The translations under genes were made by a program, and so were the position numbers. 34,563 bases of DNA from positions 1 to 34,563 of the forward strand of contig JAQBHB010000062.1 in the NCBI GenBank assembly GCA_032128115.1. Direction: 5' to 3'. Every line of letters starts with the position of its first letter. Position 1 is the stretch's first letter. Under the pieces are notes generated by a model, which ran no database searches, had not been told where the DNA came from, and saw nothing but the letters and a program-made list of their open reading frames with translations. Below are positions 18,666 to 26,779 of the stretch, in pieces. The DNA is from Deltaproteobacteria bacterium (GTDB lineage Bacteria > Myxococcota_A > UBA9160 > SMWR01).

Positions 18666-19642
18666 GTCACCCGCAGCACGACCTTCCCGAAGTGTTCGCT
18701 CGCCTTCACGCGACGGTGGGCCTCGGCAACCTGCGACAGGTCGAACACCTGATCCACCACGGGGCCGATCTCGGCCGCGGCCAGCGCCGCCCCGAAACGC
18801 TCCTGGAAGCCCGCCACGAGGGCGGCCTTCTCCCGCAGCGGACGCGCTCGCAGGGTCGATCCGAGGATCTGGAGACGTCGCACCAGCAGCGGCCCGAGCC
18901 CGATCTCGCCCCGGGCGCCGCCCATGAGACCTATCAGCACGAGCCTCCCGCCGATGGCCAGGGCCGAAAGGTTCGACTCCAGGTAGGGCGCGCCGATCGA
19001 GTCCAACACCACGTCGACTCCCCGTCCATCGGTCGCGTCGCGGGCCGCGGCCGCGAAATCCGTGTCCCGGTAGTTCACTGCCACGTCCGCGCCCAGCTCG
19101 AGACAGCGGCGGCACTTCTCTTCGGAACCAGCCGTCACGACGATGGTTCCGCCCGCCGCCTTCACCAGCTGGATGGCCGCCGTCCCGATGCCGCTGCCGC
19201 CCCCGTGCACCAGCACCGCGCCGCCCTCCGGGAGCGCCGCCAGCTGGAAGATGTTGAGAAAGACGGTGAGGAAGACCTCGGGGATGGCGGCGGCCTCCAG
19301 AAGGCCCAGGCACTCGGGGACGCGCAGCACGGAACCGGCGTCGACGACCACCTCCTCCGCGTATCCGCCCCCGGCCAGCAACGCCATCACGTGTTCGCCG
19401 GGCCGGAAGCCCTCGACATCGGGGGCCACCTCGGCCACCTCGCCGGCGCACTCGAGCCCGAGGATCTCGGACGCCCCCGGCGGCGGCGGATACAGACCCT
19501 GTCGCTGCAACAGATCGGCCCGATTCACGGCGCTGGCCGCCACTCGGATGCGCAGACAGCCCGGATCGAGCGCCGGGGCAGGAACTTCGCCCAGACGCAG
19601 GACCGACTCGTCACCCGGTGCATCGAAGACGATGGCCTTCAC
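18662..19642 (-). CDS. NAD(P)H:quinone oxidoreductase (PIG3/zeta-crystallin MDR family)
   Basis: VNRADLLQRQGLYPPPPGASEILGLE, LVHGGGSGIG, GSTLRAR, HFGKVVL; GTG start 19642. Confidence 0.93.
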   Translation of the reverse strand: MKAIVFDAPGDESVLRLGEVPAPALDPGCLRIRVAASAVNRADLLQRQGLYPPPPGASEILGLECAGEVAEVAPDVEGFRPGEHVMALLAGGGYAEEVVVDAGSVLRVPECLGLLEAAAIPEVFLTVFLNIFQLAALPEGGAVLVHGGGSGIGTAAIQLVKAAGGTIVVTAGSEEKCRRCLELGADVAVNYRDTDFAAAARDATDGRGVDVVLDSIGAPYLESNLSALAIGGRLVLIGLMGGARGEIGLGPLLVRRLQILGSTLRARPLREKAALVAGFQERFGAALAAAEIGPVVDQVFDLSQVAEAHRRVKASEHFGKVVLRVT

Positions 19643-19728
19643 GGGGGGCAAGCTTACTGGCCTCGGCACGCCTTCGCCTCGCTGCGTGGCTTGCCCCGGA
19701 TTCGGGACCCGGGTAGAACCTCGCGGCG

Positions 19729-20697
19729 ATGAGGGTTCTACATTCGCTCGGGCTTGCCCTGGCGCTGGTGGCGTCGGCCGGCGCCGCCGAGATCGACAGC
19801 GTGACGTTCCGCCAGACGCGGCTCCACAACGCGTCGCGGGCGATGAACGCACGCGCAAACGGCTTCCTGGAGACGGCGGTGGATCGCGCCAACGCGCGCG
19901 GGCGCGGCTGCAATGAGGAGCTGCTCTACTTCGAGATCCGTCGCGCGATCGCGGCGCCTTTCGTGGGACATCACCTGGCGGAGGCACTCGAAGAGGCCGA
20001 CGACCTGGACCGCCGTCACATCGCACTGAGCGATTCAGTGTACCGGGACCTGGGCCTGCTGGACGCCATCAGCGTCCACCTGAAAAATCTCAGCGCCGTG
20101 GTCCAGATCGACAATCACCGCGTTGGCGTCGACAAGTTCGGGCACTTCTTCGTGCAGGGCTTTGCCTACTTCGAGCGCGCCTACCTGGAGGGGATGGGAC
20201 TCGAAGCCGCCCTGGCGTGGGGCGAACAGACGGAACGCAGCTACTACGGTCTCTACACCACCGGGATCTACTCCTACGCGGATCTGGCGGCAAACTTCGA
20301 GGGCATGCGCTTCTGGCTGCGGGTACTGGGGCACGACCGGGATCCCCTGGAGCGGGGATGGCTCTTCAATCGCCCCTACATCCGGTGCGCCCGGCGCTTC
20401 TGGAGCCGGGAGCCCTACTGGCGCGTACAGCGAACGGTTCGCCTGGAGAAGTACGTGACCGCCGCGTGGGACGAGGGCAACAACTGCTGTCGCTTCCGAA
20501 ACCCGGACCTGGCGGCGCTGGTGGCTGCGCGGGTTGCGGAGCGCGAGGCCCTGGAAGGCGAATCCTACGCCTGCCCGCTGGATTCCGAGGCGTGTGCCCG
20601 GGCTCGCAAGCGCTTTGGCATCCACGCCGCGCACCTGCTGCATCCGCGCTGTCTCGAAGATCGGCCCGAGATCGACTCGGGCGATGGGTTCTGGTAG
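19729..20697 (+). CDS. Secreted conserved hypothetical protein
   Basis: Signal peptide MRVLHSLGLALALVASAGAA; motifs GVDKFGHFF and SYADLAANFEG; several Cys; strong GC3 bias. Confidence 0.8.
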   Translation: MRVLHSLGLALALVASAGAAEIDSVTFRQTRLHNASRAMNARANGFLETAVDRANARGRGCNEELLYFEIRRAIAAPFVGHHLAEALEEADDLDRRHIALSDSVYRDLGLLDAISVHLKNLSAVVQIDNHRVGVDKFGHFFVQGFAYFERAYLEGMGLEAALAWGEQTERSYYGLYTTGIYSYADLAANFEGMRFWLRVLGHDRDPLERGWLFNRPYIRCARRFWSREPYWRVQRTVRLEKYVTAAWDEGNNCCRFRNPDLAALVAARVAEREALEGESYACPLDSEACARARKRFGIHAAHLLHPRCLEDRPEIDSGDGFW

Positions 20698-20715
20698 CCG
20701 CGCCGAACGGCGCGG
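20698..20715. terminator. GC hairpin between convergent genes
   Basis: CCGCGCC-GAAC-GGCGCGG, no T tract. Confidence 0.35.
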
Positions 20716-20719
20716 TCCG

Positions 20720-21886
20720 TCAGCAGTGCTTCTGGCGACGGGCCAGGATCAGGCGCGCGTACGCCCGGGCCACGCATTCGCACAGGGATCGCAGGGCGGC
20801 CACGGCCGTCTCGCCCAGTGGATCCGGACCGTTGTCCACATACAGGACGTTGAGGACCCGATCGCCGATCTGGATCGGGAACACCGCCATCTCGCAGGCG
20901 TCCCGGCGCCCGAGTGCGTCGAAGAGGGCCTCGTCGATGCCCTCCGTGGGCGGCGCCCCGCGGTATTCCTGGCCGGACGCCGCGTGCGCCACGACGGATC
21001 GACTGTCGCCCGCCAGCAGTACGCCGCCGATGCGCTCGTCGATGATGGCGCCCCGGGCCCGGAAGCCCCGGACCATTCCCTTGTGCACCACGAACAATCC
21101 GGCCGCGCGAGTGTGGAGGCACGCGAGGCTCAGCGCAGATTCCGCGACCGCCAGCCGGTCGGTCGCCGCCCCAAGCTCCCGCTCGAGCCGGACCACCTCT
21201 GCAGGCACCAGCGGCTGCAGCTCGGTCATCGTCTCTGGACCCGCGGAGGTGGCGAGCTCCCACTGTACGTTCTGGAAGGTGTCGGAGTTGGTCAACTCCT
21301 CGCCGCTCCCCAGCGGGCCGATTCCGTGCTGTGCGCGTTTCTCTTCGGCGGCATCCGCCTCCGGGCTCGAGGCCGGGTGTTTCGGCGGCTTGCGACTCGT
21401 CTTCTTCTGTCGAGGCGCACGGGTCCATTCCGGGTCCAGGAATGCGAAGCGCCCCGTGCGCGCGATTCCCACGTGGCGCTCCCTCAGGAAGTGCATGTGG
21501 ACCTCGGAGATCACGTACGGGTGCAGGGGAAGCCCGCACGCGAACCTCACCTCATCGATGGCGACGGGATCGTGCGGATCCACCATGGCCAGATGCAGGG
21601 TGCCCGCCTGGATGGCCAGGGGCAGCACCCGGTGGCGGCGCAGCAGCTCCATGGGGACGACCTGCAGGGCCTCGGGATCCGGCTGCCGGAGCCACGACTC
21701 GGGCGGCAGGGCGATCCCGTAGTGCTCCGCCAGGTAGCCATCCAGGGTCTGGATGCCCACGAAACCCAGGTCCACGGCGTTGGTCCCCAGGCGGCCACCG
21801 ACCACGACCATGGCGTGGGTGGCCTCTTCCAGATTGTCGGCGCTGATGAATCCCCTGCGGATCAGGAACTTTCCGAACGACTCCAC
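20720..21886 (-). CDS. MshEN/T2SSE_N-domain protein without ATPase, C-terminal GAF-like region
   Basis: SFGKFLIRRGFISADNLEEA...GGRLGTNAVDLGFV tandem motif, HRVLPL, LHLAMVDP; low-complexity linker; FPIQIGDRVLNVLYVD; no Walker A. Confidence 0.75.
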   Translation of the reverse strand: MESFGKFLIRRGFISADNLEEATHAMVVVGGRLGTNAVDLGFVGIQTLDGYLAEHYGIALPPESWLRQPDPEALQVVPMELLRRHRVLPLAIQAGTLHLAMVDPHDPVAIDEVRFACGLPLHPYVISEVHMHFLRERHVGIARTGRFAFLDPEWTRAPRQKKTSRKPPKHPASSPEADAAEEKRAQHGIGPLGSGEELTNSDTFQNVQWELATSAGPETMTELQPLVPAEVVRLERELGAATDRLAVAESALSLACLHTRAAGLFVVHKGMVRGFRARGAIIDERIGGVLLAGDSRSVVAHAASGQEYRGAPPTEGIDEALFDALGRRDACEMAVFPIQIGDRVLNVLYVDNGPDPLGETAVAALRSLCECVARAYARLILARRQKHC

Positions 21887-21898
21887 GGGCCCCCCGGA

Positions 21899-21930
21899 GA
21901 CCGAAACGGCCCCAGGGGGCTGTTTCGGTC
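21899..21930. promoter_or_regulatory. Dyad CGAAAC-N14-GTTTCG inside a 32-bp hairpin upstream of the MshEN gene
   Basis: GACCGAAACGGCCCCAGGGGGCTGTTTCGGTC; same dyad recurs at 23071-23096. Confidence 0.5.
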
Positions 21931-21967
21931 CACCGAAAGGCGGCCCTTAGCCCCTCGGGCGCGAGGC

Positions 21968-23044
21968 TCAGGGGCGGATCTCGATGCGCAGATCCGCATA
22001 CCCACCGGGGTCGGCGGTCTTGGACGACAGGGTGGCGCCCCCTTCCTCCTTGACCTTGATCTTGTGGGTGGCCACCAGCCCGGCTTCGAGGTTGAGACGG
22101 AAGTGTCGCGAGATCCGCCACTCGAAGCCTCCCCCCACTAGGGTCTGCGAGTCGCGAAGGGTGATTTCGCCCGGCTCGTCCAGCAGGTAGGTCTGGCTGT
22201 CCAGGTAGCCCGCGCCGAAGATCTCGAAATCCCTCACGAGGTCGTACTCGAACTGGATGCCGCTACCCCGATTCCGGATCGTGAGACGGTCGGTGGGGTC
22301 CCAGCGCAGCGTCCCGGTGAAGCCCACGTCGACTCCGCTCCCGGTGAGCGGCGACTCCAGGTTCAACCCGAGTGCCAGCCGCCACTTGGCGCTCTGGTAG
22401 CCCAGCGCCATGGCGCCGCCGTAGGTGAGCGCATCGCTGAACGCACTGCTCTCCCAACGTGAGCGCGCGAACAGGTTGGCCAGCAGCGACCAGGTCTCGC
22501 CGTCCTCGAACACGAACGCAGTTTCGTTGAGCTGGTAGGCGCCCTGGAGCACGAGCGACACCGCGCCCAGTTCGCCCAGATCCGGCCGGCCGAGGCCCAG
22601 GGGATCGGCCGAACCGCTCAGGTCGTAGTGGCTCAGGGTCCCCCGGGCCGTCAGCTGGAGTACCGAGCGGTCCGACACGGGGAACGTGAAGCGGGCGCGC
22701 AGGCTCGGCTGGTAGAGGTTGGCCTTGTAGGTTCCGAAATTGGCGCTCGGCACGAAGTGGGTCTCCAGGCGCAGGCGCACCGCGTCCCGGTAGCGAGCCT
22801 CGGGAAAGATCGGGGACTCGATGTTCGAGGGGTCGGCTTCCTGGGAACGCGCCAGCTCGGCGGCCCGCTCGCGCCGGATGCGGTCGGGCTCGGATTCCGG
22901 CAACTCCCCGGTCTCGGCCGCAGCTTCCGTGTCGGCCCCGGCGCCGCCGCTGTCAACAGCGGCGGCGCCGGCTTCACCGATCAGAAGCAGGACCAGCGCC
23001 ATCCATACCGGCAGCAGGCGTCCGCGCGCAGAACGGCACCGCAT
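21968..23044 (-). CDS. Outer-membrane beta-barrel protein (DUF6268-like)
   Basis: Signal peptide, acidic linker, alternating amphipathic beta strands through to C-terminal YADLRIEIRP; exact start uncertain. Confidence 0.65.
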   Translation of the reverse strand: MRCRSARGRLLPVWMALVLLLIGEAGAAAVDSGGAGADTEAAAETGELPESEPDRIRRERAAELARSQEADPSNIESPIFPEARYRDAVRLRLETHFVPSANFGTYKANLYQPSLRARFTFPVSDRSVLQLTARGTLSHYDLSGSADPLGLGRPDLGELGAVSLVLQGAYQLNETAFVFEDGETWSLLANLFARSRWESSAFSDALTYGGAMALGYQSAKWRLALGLNLESPLTGSGVDVGFTGTLRWDPTDRLTIRNRGSGIQFEYDLVRDFEIFGAGYLDSQTYLLDEPGEITLRDSQTLVGGGFEWRISRHFRLNLEAGLVATHKIKVKEEGGATLSSKTADPGGYADLRIEIRP

Positions 23045-23052
23045 CCCGTGCG

Positions 23053-23118
23053 TCAACAGAGACCCCCAGGCGAAACCGTAGCCGTAGTCTGTTTCGGCTG
23101 CCCGGGCGCGTCTGTTGA
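23053..23118. promoter_or_regulatory. Long imperfect stem-loop containing dyad CGAAAC-N14-GTTTCG upstream of the barrel gene
   Basis: TCAACAGA 23053-23060 pairs with TCTGTTGA 23111-23118; CGAAAC 23071-23076, GTTTCG 23091-23096. Confidence 0.45.
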
Positions 23119-23125
23119 ACCGGGT

Positions 23126-24298
23126 TCAGCTCAATTCGGCGCGGGTGTAGTCCAGGAGGCCGCGGGCCACGATCATCCGCTGGATCTCGCCAGTGCCTTC
23201 GTAGATGTCGGTGATGCGCACGTCCCGGAACCATTTCTCCAGCAGGTGCTCGCGCGACACCGCCATGGGCCCCAGGAGTTCGATGCAACCCTGGGTGATC
23301 TCGCGCACGGCGGCGCCGGTCCTGGCCTTGCAGACCGAGGCCTCCATGTTGTTGGGTGCGCCCTCACCCGAGAGCCAGGCGGCCCGGAAGATCGTGAGCT
23401 GTGCGGCCTCGAAGACCGCCTCCAGACGGATGAACTTCTCCGCCAGGGCACTCTGCTGGTTGCGGCCGCCGCCGTAGGTGATCTCGATGCCCGCGGCGCG
23501 CAGCTGCTCCCTCGTGAAGTCGAGGGCCGCCTCGGCCATCCCGATGCCGATGGCTGCCACCCCCGGGCGCGTGTTGTTGAAGGTCTTCATCACGCTCCGG
23601 AAGCCACCGGAACTCTGCTTGGGAATCTCCTCGTTCAGCCCCAGCAGATTGTTTCGGGGAATCCGACAGTCCTTGAAGACCATGGCGGCGGTGTCGTCCG
23701 CCCGGATACCGAGCTTCCTCTCCTTGTGGGACACCGTGAAGCCCGGAGTGCCCTTCTCCACCAGGTACGACTTGATACCGGCACGGCCCGACGACTTGTC
23801 GATGGTGGCCCACACCACCACGCCCTGGGCGCGGCAGCCGGTCGTCACGAAGATCTTCTCGCCGTTGAGCACCCACTCGTCGCCGTCCAGAGCCGCCGTG
23901 GTCTGCACCATGGAGGGGTCCGAACCGCAACCGGGCTCGGTGATCGCCATGGCCAGGGTCAACCCGTGCCACTTCTCGAACTGCTCCGGGGTACCCGCGG
24001 CGCGCAGGGCCGCGTTGCCCAGCCCCCCGGTGTCGCGGCGCATGCGCACCGTGTAGTCGCCCCAGGTGAGCCCCGACATGATCATCATGCTCATGACACT
24101 CATGGGCGTGTCGTCCCCGGTACGACCCTCCAGAAGCTCGCCGAGGGTGGGGAAGTCCACGGCCTCCTCCAACTCCTCGGGGGCGAACTCGTCCTCGTTC
24201 TCGTCGTAGTAGCGGGCGTACTGGCGGGCCACGAGTCCCTGGGCTCGAAGTCCGTCCACCACCTTGCGGTCATGGGTCGTCAGTTCGAAATCGATCAT
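23126..24298 (-). CDS. Acyl-CoA dehydrogenase (FadE23-like)
   Basis: MAITEPGCGSD, LNGEKIFVT, KLGIRADDTA, MKTFNNTRP, LEKWFRD..ITDIYEGT; ATG 24298. Confidence 0.92.
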   Translation of the reverse strand: MIDFELTTHDRKVVDGLRAQGLVARQYARYYDENEDEFAPEELEEAVDFPTLGELLEGRTGDDTPMSVMSMMIMSGLTWGDYTVRMRRDTGGLGNAALRAAGTPEQFEKWHGLTLAMAITEPGCGSDPSMVQTTAALDGDEWVLNGEKIFVTTGCRAQGVVVWATIDKSSGRAGIKSYLVEKGTPGFTVSHKERKLGIRADDTAAMVFKDCRIPRNNLLGLNEEIPKQSSGGFRSVMKTFNNTRPGVAAIGIGMAEAALDFTREQLRAAGIEITYGGGRNQQSALAEKFIRLEAVFEAAQLTIFRAAWLSGEGAPNNMEASVCKARTGAAVREITQGCIELLGPMAVSREHLLEKWFRDVRITDIYEGTGEIQRMIVARGLLDYTRAELS

Positions 24299-24309
24299 CG
24301 TTGGGTTCC

Positions 24310-25404
24310 TCAAAGTGCCAGCCCACCCTCGAGAACTCCGAGGGTGCGCGTGTTGCGGTACCACATTTCGGCCGGATGCTCGCGGATGAAGCCGTGGCCT
24401 CCGAGCACCTGCACACCCTGGTCGGTGACCCACAGGGCCTTCTCGGCGGCGTAGGTCAGGGCCAGGTGCGCGGCGCGGGTCGCGTCGAGCCCTCGTTCGA
24501 GCTGGCTGGCGGCCTTCCACGTGAGCCAGCGCGACGACTCGGTCTCGATGTGCATGTCGGCGAGCCGGAAGGCGATGGCCTGCTTCTGGGCAATGGCCTG
24601 GCCAAAGGCCTGGCGTTGCTTGGCGTAGGGCGTGGCGTACTCCACCGCCGCCCGCGACACACCCACCATCACCGCCGCCAGGGCCGCGCGCGAGTGGTTC
24701 AGCAGGCGCTGCACGTCGCAGCCCGACGGCCCCCCCAGGCGATCACCGGCGGAAACCGCGACCCGCTCGAACTCCAGGGTCGCCGTGGGAAGTGCCCGCA
24801 GTCCCAGGTTGCGCTCGGGCTCCGATACCGTGAGCCCCTCGGCGTCGCGGGCCACGATGAAGGCGCCCAGGTCGTCGCCGACGCCTGCGATCACCAGGAA
24901 GTGGCTGGCCCGATCTCCCATGGGCACCAGACATTTGGCGCCCGAGAGCCGGTAGCCGTCGCCGTCGGGCGCAGCCAGGGTGCGCGGAGCCGACGCGTTG
25001 GAGGCCGGGCCGGGCTCGTCCACCGCCAGGCAGGCGGCGTGATAGCTCTGCCCCGAGAACAGCGGCAGGTACTGCTTCTTCTGGGCCTCGCTCCCCTGGT
25101 CGGCGATGGCGAACGCAAATCCCGCCGGCGCCAGGGCCGCCAGCGCCAGGGTCGCGTCGCCGCAGGCCAACTCCTCCAGGATCAGGGCGTTGGTGATGGG
25201 CGAACGCGCCTCGCCGCCGCCGCCGTAGCGGTCGGGGAGCTGGGTCGAAACCAGGCTCAGGTCCCAGACCTGTGCCAGGAATTCCTCGGACAGCTTCGAA
25301 GCCTCGTCGCACTCGCGCGCGATGGGGCGCACGACATCGGAGGCGAATTCGCGCAGCGTGGAGCGGACCAGTTCCTGCTCCTCGGTCAACCCGAATGAGA
25401 TCAC
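24310..25404 (-). CDS. Acyl-CoA dehydrogenase (FadE24-like, truncated C-terminus)
   Basis: ISFGLTEEQ, EELACGD, LSGAKCLVP, LGLRA, RQAFGQAIAQKQAIAF, GVQVLGGHGF..EHP.E.WYR; GTG 25404 with AGGAGG RBS. Confidence 0.9.
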   Translation of the reverse strand: MISFGLTEEQELVRSTLREFASDVVRPIARECDEASKLSEEFLAQVWDLSLVSTQLPDRYGGGGEARSPITNALILEELACGDATLALAALAPAGFAFAIADQGSEAQKKQYLPLFSGQSYHAACLAVDEPGPASNASAPRTLAAPDGDGYRLSGAKCLVPMGDRASHFLVIAGVGDDLGAFIVARDAEGLTVSEPERNLGLRALPTATLEFERVAVSAGDRLGGPSGCDVQRLLNHSRAALAAVMVGVSRAAVEYATPYAKQRQAFGQAIAQKQAIAFRLADMHIETESSRWLTWKAASQLERGLDATRAAHLALTYAAEKALWVTDQGVQVLGGHGFIREHPAEMWYRNTRTLGVLEGGLAL

Positions 25405-26183
25405 GGGATCCTCCTGGACTCGGGAGCGGGGGGGCCTCCAGAGCTCTCGTTCGCGTCGGCGCGCGGGGGCTCCGCGGGCTCGGATCGCGATACCTGATGA
25501 AAGAAGTGGTCCATGGATTCGCGGCCGCCCTCCTTGACCAGGAGACCGCGTCGATAGGCGTCGCGGGCATCGCTGAGCCCCAGGGCGATGCCACACCACA
25601 ACGGGGCGTCGGCCGTGTAACGGATGTCGGCCCGCTCGGCGAAGCCGGGCGTCACGCTGCAGATGCCGTCGTGGATGCGGACGGACCAGACGCCGCCGCC
25701 GGGCCCGTTCAAGCGGATCTCGAAGGTCAGGTCGACGTCGCGGGCGCGATCCTCCCGCACCATGAACGGCAGGGCCTCGAGCACGGATTGGGCCGACGTC
25801 TCGGTGAAGCGCCGGGGGTCCACGGCCAGATCGCCTACGCCCCGCTGGATCCACCAGCGACCGATGGCGGTGACGATGGGCTCGAGGGATCGACCCTGGT
25901 CCGTGAGGGCGTAGACGGAGCGCGAGCCCTGGGCAAGCGTCTCCACGAAGCCGGCGGCCACCAGCTCGCGCAGGCGGCTCGACAGTACCCGGGGCGCGAT
26001 GCCGGTGCGCACGCGCAGCTGCTGGAAGCCGCGGGAAGACGGCAGCAGTTGGCGGATCAGCACCAGGGTCCAGCGATCGCCGATCACCTCCAGGGCCCGG
26101 GCCACCGGATCGAAGATCCCGGCCGGCCGGGGCACGGCCCCGGCTCCCACTCGCCCCGGTCGATCTTTCGGTATCTGACGCAT
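25401..26183 (-). CDS. HxlR-family winged-helix regulator fused to an SCP2 sterol/lipid-binding domain
   Basis: PVARALEVIGDRWTLVLIRQL..RGFQQL..GIAPRVLSSRLREL..YALTDQG; C-terminal GGGVWSVRIHDG..G....AD..LLVKEG. Confidence 0.85.
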   Translation of the reverse strand: MRQIPKDRPGRVGAGAVPRPAGIFDPVARALEVIGDRWTLVLIRQLLPSSRGFQQLRVRTGIAPRVLSSRLRELVAAGFVETLAQGSRSVYALTDQGRSLEPIVTAIGRWWIQRGVGDLAVDPRRFTETSAQSVLEALPFMVREDRARDVDLTFEIRLNGPGGGVWSVRIHDGICSVTPGFAERADIRYTADAPLWCGIALGLSDARDAYRRGLLVKEGGRESMDHFFHQVSRSEPAEPPRADANESSGGPPAPESRRIP

Positions 26184-26262
26184 CGCTAATTCAGTAATCT
26201 ATCGTCACTCCGATCGATATTCAATAGATACTTTTGGTTCTCTCCAGACCCCCGTACGATCC
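26184..26262. promoter_or_regulatory. AT-rich divergent promoter region (regulator / rnpB)
   Basis: Marked AT enrichment; TACGAT -10 box at 26255-26260 just upstream of rnpB; ATCTAT...ATAGAT inverted repeat. Confidence 0.5.
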
Positions 26263-26271
26263 CCGAGGTAG

Positions 26272-26700
26272 GAGGTGGACGGAGGATCGCCGGCGGAGCA
26301 CAGGCGGCCGCGGGAGGAAAGTCCGGGCTCCACAGGGCAGGAAGGTCGCTAACGACGACCCGGGGTGACCCGAGGGAAAGCGCCGCAGAAACGACACCGC
26401 CGATGGCCCGTGATCCCCCGGGTGTTGAGAGACAACCGGGGAGGAGGCACAGGCAAGGGTGAAATCGTGGGGTAAGAGCCCACGCGCGAAAGCCGGGTGA
26501 CCGGCGGCGGGGCAAGCCCCTTCCGGAGCAAGCTCAAATAGGGGCACTGCTGAGGACGGCCCGTCCAAGGCCCGCCTTGCGGGACCAGTGCCCGGGTTGG
26601 AGCGCTCGAGCGGCGCAGCAATGCGCCGCCTAGAAGAATGATCCTCACCGGCGTGCGGCTCGCCGCACATCGGAACAGGACCCGGCTTACAGTCCACTTC
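26272..26700 (+). ncRNA. rnpB: RNase P RNA, bacterial type A
   Basis: GAGGAAAGTCCGGGCTCC (CR-I), GGGAAAG.GCC.CAGAAA, AGGGTGAAA, GGTAAGAG, GGAGCAAG, ACAGGACCCGGCTTAC (CR-V); P1 GAGGTGGAC pairs with GTCCACTTC. Confidence 0.97.
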
Positions 26701-26779
26701 GGGAGAAATCCCGAACGCTGGGGGAAGAAGCGAAAGCCACGCCCCCGGCGCTCCCACCCTCCTCCCTCGCGGCCGTGCG

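Noticed and set aside
16407..19451. 1014-aa ORF as a fusion protein
   Set aside because: The first ~260 aa are an Arg/Gly-rich off-frame read of the QOR gene; the real gene starts at 18665 with a lipoprotein signal
23053..23128. c-di-GMP-I riboswitch near the MshEN gene
   Set aside because: The GCAAA...GAAA...GGGACGCAAAG-type consensus is absent; kept only as an unexplained hairpin and dyad
26186..26757. Minus-strand ORFs of 109 and 178 aa
   Set aside because: They are antisense to the RNase P RNA gene
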